Positions 59,601 to 64,000 of a stretch of DNA of 64,000 nt are shown piece after piece. Positions within the stretch are counted from its first letter, which is position 1; every line of letters starts with the position of its first letter. The stretch is from assembly GCA_963700145.1 (NCBI GenBank), contig OY969474.1, positions 4,672,001-4,736,000 on the forward strand, read 5' to 3'. This DNA is from an uncultured Acidobacteriota bacterium. Its GTDB lineage: Bacteria > Acidobacteriota > Thermoanaerobaculia > Multivoradales > UBA5704. A program made the position numbers and the translations under genes. The notes beneath the pieces were generated by a model. That model was not told the origin of the DNA, did not search any database, and saw only the letters and a list, made by a program, of their open reading frames with translations.

Positions 59601-60704
59601 TTAAGCCACTTCTTGGCTGCTGCCAGCCGGCAGACTCTTTGCAGCCCGCACAGGCCGGAGCGCATCATGCGAAGCCAGGCCAGCTTTCGGCCGCCGCGCC
59701 AGCGCCGCGGCGCCCACCACGCCCGCTATGCCCGCCATGCCGATACCGGCCGCCGCCAGCAGCCAGCCGCGGTTCCGCGCCACCCACCACTGCCAGCTCT
59801 GCGCGTGCGCCTTGTCGTCGAAGGGGCCGTGCGCGCCGTGGTCGCCGGGCACCGGCGCGTAGAGGTTGTCTTGCCGGCGGGGGTCGATCGGCTCGTCGCT
59901 CTGTTGCCCCTCGAAGGCGCGCGCCACGTACCAGTCGCCGGCCGCCGGCGCCAGCCGCTGGCCGAGGATCGCCGTCACCGTGGGCATCCCGAGCCAGTAC
60001 TCGCGGCGCGGATGGCGCGCGGCGTGGACGATCGCCCGCGCCGCCACCTCGGGCTGGAAGATCTTGCCCAGCGGCTGCGGCTCGTGGTCGAGCGTCGTCT
60101 TCGACCAGGTGAACTGCGGCGTGTTGAGCGCCGGCAGGTGGACGGCTGTCAAGCGCACGCGGCTGCGGTCGTGGATGAGCTCGGAGCGCAGCGAGTCGGT
60201 GAAGCCGACGACCGCGTGCTTGGCGGCGCAGTAGGCGGCCTGCAGCGGGATCGAGCGGTAGGCGAGGGCCGAGCCGACCTGGACGATCGTGCCGCGGTCG
60301 CGCGGCAGCATGCGGCGCAGCGCCGCCAGCGTGCCGTAGACCGTGCCGTGGTAGGTGACGTCGGTCACCCGCCGCAGGTCCTCGACGGCCAGGTCCTTGA
60401 CCGGCGTCATGACCGTCGCCATCGCGTTGTTGATCCAGACGTCGATTGGGCCGAGCTGCTCCTCGACGGCCCGCGCCGCCGCCTCGACTTGCGCCGCGTC
60501 GGCGACGTCGGTGGGGATGGCGAGGGCGAGCGCGCCGGCTTCCTCCGCCTCGATCGCCGCGCCTTCCAGCCCGTCCTCGCCGCGCGCCAGGAGACCGATC
60601 GCCGCGCCGCGCAGCGCCAGCTCGCGCACGATCGCCCGCCCGACGCCCGCCGAGGCGCCGGTGACCACCACTACCCAGGGTTGTTTGCGCTTTCTTGCCG
60701 CCAT
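59601..60704 (-). CDS. Short-chain dehydrogenase/reductase
   Basis: TGASAGVG, NNA, YCAAK. Confidence 0.9.
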   Translation of the reverse strand: MAARKRKQPWVVVVTGASAGVGRAIVRELALRGAAIGLLARGEDGLEGAAIEAEEAGALALAIPTDVADAAQVEAAARAVEEQLGPIDVWINNAMATVMTPVKDLAVEDLRRVTDVTYHGTVYGTLAALRRMLPRDRGTIVQVGSALAYRSIPLQAAYCAAKHAVVGFTDSLRSELIHDRSRVRLTAVHLPALNTPQFTWSKTTLDHEPQPLGKIFQPEVAARAIVHAARHPRREYWLGMPTVTAILGQRLAPAAGDWYVARAFEGQQSDEPIDPRRQDNLYAPVPGDHGAHGPFDDKAHAQSWQWWVARNRGWLLAAAGIGMAGIAGVVGAAALARRPKAGLASHDALRPVRAAKSLPAGSSQEVA

Positions 60705-60760
60705 GGTCGACTCCCTTCACCCTCCTTCCCAGCAAGTTCGGTTCCAGAAGGGGGCTCCCA

Positions 60761-62971
60761 GTGACCGAGGCGGCAATCCGGCAAGACTCTCCGGCCGCCT
60801 GGCTGGGCTCCTCGCTGCTCGTCACCGACGACCAGGGGGCGTGCGGACCGGCCCTGCCGCTCAGCGGCTTCTACGTGCGCGAGGTCCGGCACCTCGCCCT
60901 CCTGCGCCTGGAGATCGACGGCGGGGCACCCTGGTGCTGCGAGCGCGCGCGGCCCGACACCGAGCAGCTCGCCTTCGTCTTCGTCCACCCGGAGATCGCC
61001 CGCGAGGGGGGCAGCCCCGAGGAATCGACGACCGACGAGCACGGCATCCCGCACCGCGCGCTCGACCTCCGCCTGACCTACCGCGTCGAGCCCCACCGGC
61101 TGCGCGCCACCCTGCGGCTGCGCAACCGCTCGCGCAAGCACATCGCCCCCGAGGTGGCCTTCGTCGTCGGCGCCGACTACGCCGACCTGCTCGAGGCGGA
61201 CGAGGGGCTGCGCAAGCAGGAGGCCCCGGTCGCCGCCGGCGTCGAGGAGGGCGTCATCCGCTTCCGCTACCGGCACGCGGACCCGCGGCTCGCCTTCTCG
61301 ACCTCCGTCCGGGGCTGGGGCGACGGCGTCGTCAGCGTCGAGCCCGGCCGCTGGGCGAGCCGCGTGGAGCTGCCGCCGCAGGGGGAGGCGACCTGCGAGC
61401 TGCAGGTGGACGCCGTCGATCCGGACCTCGAGATGGACGACGCGGCGCGCTCCGCCCGCCTCCACGACCTCGGCCGCTGGCGGGTGGGTTTCACGAAGGT
61501 GGTGGTGCCCGGCAACCCGCTGGCCGAGCGCATCCTCGGCCGCGCCGCCGCCGACCTGGCCTCGTTCCCGCAGCTCGAAGGGGAGCCCGACGAGTGGCTG
61601 GCGCTGCAGGCGGGCATGCCGCTCTACCCGGCCTTCTTCGGCCGCGACGCGCTCACCGCCGGCTGGCAGGGCGCCCTCCTCGACCGCGGCGCGACGCTCG
61701 ACGCCGCCCTGACCCGGCTGGGCCGGCTCCAGTCGGCGCGCGACTTCGCCTGGCGCGACGAAGAGCCGGGCCGGATCCCCTACCAGGTGCGCTCGGGCCC
61801 GCTCGCCCGGCTCGAGGTCAACCCCTACTCGGCCTATTACGCGGACTTCGCCGGCCCGCTGATGTACGTCATCTCGCTCGCCAACCTCTACGCCTGGACG
61901 GGGGAGCGCGAGGACGTCGAGCGGCACTGGCCGACCGCCTGCCGCATCCTGGAGTGGGCGGAGACCCGCGGCGACCGCGACGGCGACGGCTACCTCGAGT
62001 ACCTCACCCAGTCGCCCGTCGGCACCAAGAACCAGGGCTGGAAGGACAGCGACGACGCCATCCTCTACGAGGACGGCCGCCGGGTGCCGGCGCCGATCGC
62101 CACCTGCGAGATCCAGGGCTACTGGTACGCGGCCCGGCAGGGCATGGCGGTGCTTGCCTGGGTGCGCGGCGAGCGCGCCCGCGCCCGCGAGCTGTGGCGC
62201 GCCGCGCGCGACCTCAAGCGGCGCTTCAACCGCGACTTCTGGGACCCGGAGGAGCGCTTCTACGGCCTGGCGCTCGATCCCGGCAAGCGCCTGGTGCGCG
62301 CCGCGGCTTCGAACGTCGGCCACTGCCTGGCGTGCGGGATCATCGCCCGCGAGCGGCTGCGCGACGTCGTCGACCGCCTGCTCGCGCCCGACATGTTCAG
62401 CGGCTGGGGCGTGCGCACGCTGACGACGCGGCACGTGGCCTACAACCCGCTCGCCTACCACCTCGGCACGGTGTGGCCGGTCGAGAACGCCACCATCTGC
62501 TTCGGCCTGCGCCGGATGGGCTTCGGCGCCGAGGCGGTGCGCCTGGCCGAGGCGCTCTTCGGGCTGTCGCAGCTCTACGCCGGCGAGCGCATGCCCGAGT
62601 GCGTCGGCGGCTACGCCCGCGACGAGCACCCGACGCCCGGGGCCTACCCGCGCGCCAACAGCCCGCAGACCTGGAACGCGAGCGCTCTCTGGCTGGTGCT
62701 GCAGGCCCTCCTCGGGATGCTGCCCTACGCCGCGCGCCACCTCCTGGTGGTCGATCCGCTGCTGCCGCCCTGGCTGCCGGAGGTCGAGCTGCACGGCCTG
62801 CGGGTCGGCAAGACCACCGCCACGCTGCGCTTCTGGCGCGACGACCGCGGCCGCACCCGCGCCCGCGTCCTCGAGCAGGACGGCCCCCTCCACCTCGTCC
62901 GCCAGCCGCCGCCCGAGGCGGTCGGCGTCGGCCTCGGCCGGCGGCTCCGCGCGCTTCTGCCGCCGAAGTAG
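60761..62971 (+). CDS. Glycogen debranching enzyme / amylo-alpha-1,6-glucosidase family
   Basis: AGMP..FGRD, EPGRI, NQGWKDS, YHLGTVWP, PQTW. Confidence 0.88.
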   Translation: MTEAAIRQDSPAAWLGSSLLVTDDQGACGPALPLSGFYVREVRHLALLRLEIDGGAPWCCERARPDTEQLAFVFVHPEIAREGGSPEESTTDEHGIPHRALDLRLTYRVEPHRLRATLRLRNRSRKHIAPEVAFVVGADYADLLEADEGLRKQEAPVAAGVEEGVIRFRYRHADPRLAFSTSVRGWGDGVVSVEPGRWASRVELPPQGEATCELQVDAVDPDLEMDDAARSARLHDLGRWRVGFTKVVVPGNPLAERILGRAAADLASFPQLEGEPDEWLALQAGMPLYPAFFGRDALTAGWQGALLDRGATLDAALTRLGRLQSARDFAWRDEEPGRIPYQVRSGPLARLEVNPYSAYYADFAGPLMYVISLANLYAWTGEREDVERHWPTACRILEWAETRGDRDGDGYLEYLTQSPVGTKNQGWKDSDDAILYEDGRRVPAPIATCEIQGYWYAARQGMAVLAWVRGERARARELWRAARDLKRRFNRDFWDPEERFYGLALDPGKRLVRAAASNVGHCLACGIIARERLRDVVDRLLAPDMFSGWGVRTLTTRHVAYNPLAYHLGTVWPVENATICFGLRRMGFGAEAVRLAEALFGLSQLYAGERMPECVGGYARDEHPTPGAYPRANSPQTWNASALWLVLQALLGMLPYAARHLLVVDPLLPPWLPEVELHGLRVGKTTATLRFWRDDRGRTRARVLEQDGPLHLVRQPPPEAVGVGLGRRLRALLPPK

Positions 62972-63225
62972 AGCGTCGCGCCGGGTGGCTCGGCGTCAGA
63001 CCCGAGGGCGGCGCGTGGTATAACGCCGCGCGATGCGCAGAGCCGCTGTCCTCGTGCTCCTGGCCGTGCTGGCGGTCCCTCTCGTGGGTGCGCTGGGCGG
63101 CCTCGACTGCGACGATTGCGGCGCGCGCGCTCCTGCCGCCGAAGTGAAGCGCCGCGGCGGGCGGTTTCGGCGTACAATGGCGCCGCCGAAGTAAAGCGCC
63201 GCGGCGGGTGGTTCGGCGTACAATG
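62948..63225 (+). repeat. Three copies of a ~40-45-bp repeat beginning in the 3' end of the debranching gene
   Basis: GCCGCCGAAGTRRAGCGYCGCGSCGGGYGGYT(T)CGGCGT at 62959, 63135 and 63182; copies 2 and 3 end in TACAAT. Confidence 0.75.
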
Positions 63226-63308
63226 ATCCGCGAGCCGCCGCCCTTCCCCCCTGGCATGCGCTCTCCGACCGACCTGCGCAACGCGCGGGGCGGGGCGCCG
63301 GGCCGACG

Positions 63309-64000
63309 ATGACCACCGCAAGGAAACTCTGGCTTGGATTCGGGACGCTGACGGCCCTGCTGGTGCTGTCGAGCGTGGCGATCATCGTTCGTGCCCGGTC
63401 CATCGCGACGGACCAAGCTCCCGGCGGCGCGGCGCTGCAAGAGGCGCAGACCATCGTGGGCTTCGCCCTGATCGTGCTCCTCGTCGGGGCGGTCATCGCT
63501 GTGGTGACGAGCGTGATCGTCGGCAGGGGCATCGTCAAGGCGGAAGGGTTGGAGCGGCAAAACCGGGAGCTGTTGACGACCTCCGAGGTCCGCTATCGGC
63601 GGCTGTTCGAGTCGGCCCGGGACGGCGTCCTGATCCTCGACGCCGGCACCGCCAGGATCACCGACGCCAACCCCTTCATCGGCGAGCTGCTGGGCTACTC
63701 GCCCACCGAGCTGATCGGCAAGGAGCTCTGGGAGATCGGGCTGTTCAAGGACCAAGGGGAGAGCAAGGCCGCGGTCCGCGAGCTGCAAGAGGAGAAATAC
63801 ATCCGCTACGAAGACCTGCCGCTGGAGAGCAAACCGGGGCGTCGGGTCGACGTGGAGTTCGTCAGCAACGTGTATATCGAGGACCATCATTCGGTCATCC
63901 AGTGCAACATCCGCGACATCACCGAGCGGAAGCGGTTGGATGACGAGCTGCGACAGTACGCCGCCGACCTCTCCGAGTCCGACCGCCACAAGAACGAGTT
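63309..64000 (+). CDS. Membrane PAS-domain sensor histidine kinase (partial, runs off the window)
   Basis: Hand translation: two TM helices, SEVRYRRLFESARDG...DANP...CNIRDITERK, then DRHKNE (start of a HisKA-like segment). Confidence 0.8.
   Translation, partial: MTTARKLWLGFGTLTALLVLSSVAIIVRARSIATDQAPGGAALQEAQTIVGFALIVLLVGAVIAVVTSVIVGRGIVKAEGLERQNRELLTTSEVRYRRLFESARDGVLILDAGTARITDANPFIGELLGYSPTELIGKELWEIGLFKDQGESKAAVRELQEEKYIRYEDLPLESKPGRRVDVEFVSNVYIEDHHSVIQCNIRDITERKRLDDELRQYAADLSESDRHKNE

Noticed and set aside
62948-63225. Possible mini-CRISPR array
   Set aside because: The repeats are degenerate, the spacing is very unequal, and there are no cas genes.

Overview
A very GC-rich bacterial chromosome segment; the gene content and style suggest Acidobacteriota (Thermoanaerobaculia-like), which is an inference. 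Most of it is housekeeping: an mlaEFD operon joined to UDP-sugar genes, plsC, mrp/apbC, lpxH, aroA, dppB/C, thiL, nrdR-hsp20-lon, and a CIRCE-controlled hrcA-grpE-dnaK-dnaJ-(cocE)-prmA-rsmE operon. The right end holds accessory oxidoreductase genes. Five features stand out. (1) Bases 1-2000 form a lower-GC integron-like cassette array (attI-like site, one intact and one collapsed attC, no integrase gene) carrying a TIR/SEFIR cassette. (2) A dispersed ~170-bp non-coding element occurs three, possibly four, times; its conserved core is closed in each copy by a different perfect 22-33 bp inverted repeat. (3) A ~370-bp array of paired TGCA-core motifs with ~21-bp spacing lies upstream of nrdR. (4) A basic protein with two MerR-like HTH domains and many AT-hook-like motifs sits behind a near-consensus sigma70 promoter. 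(5) A pentaheme-TPR protein is paired with an ASPIC-UnbV protein. A REP-like family occurs at six loci. All calls come from reading motifs by eye; no database searches were run.
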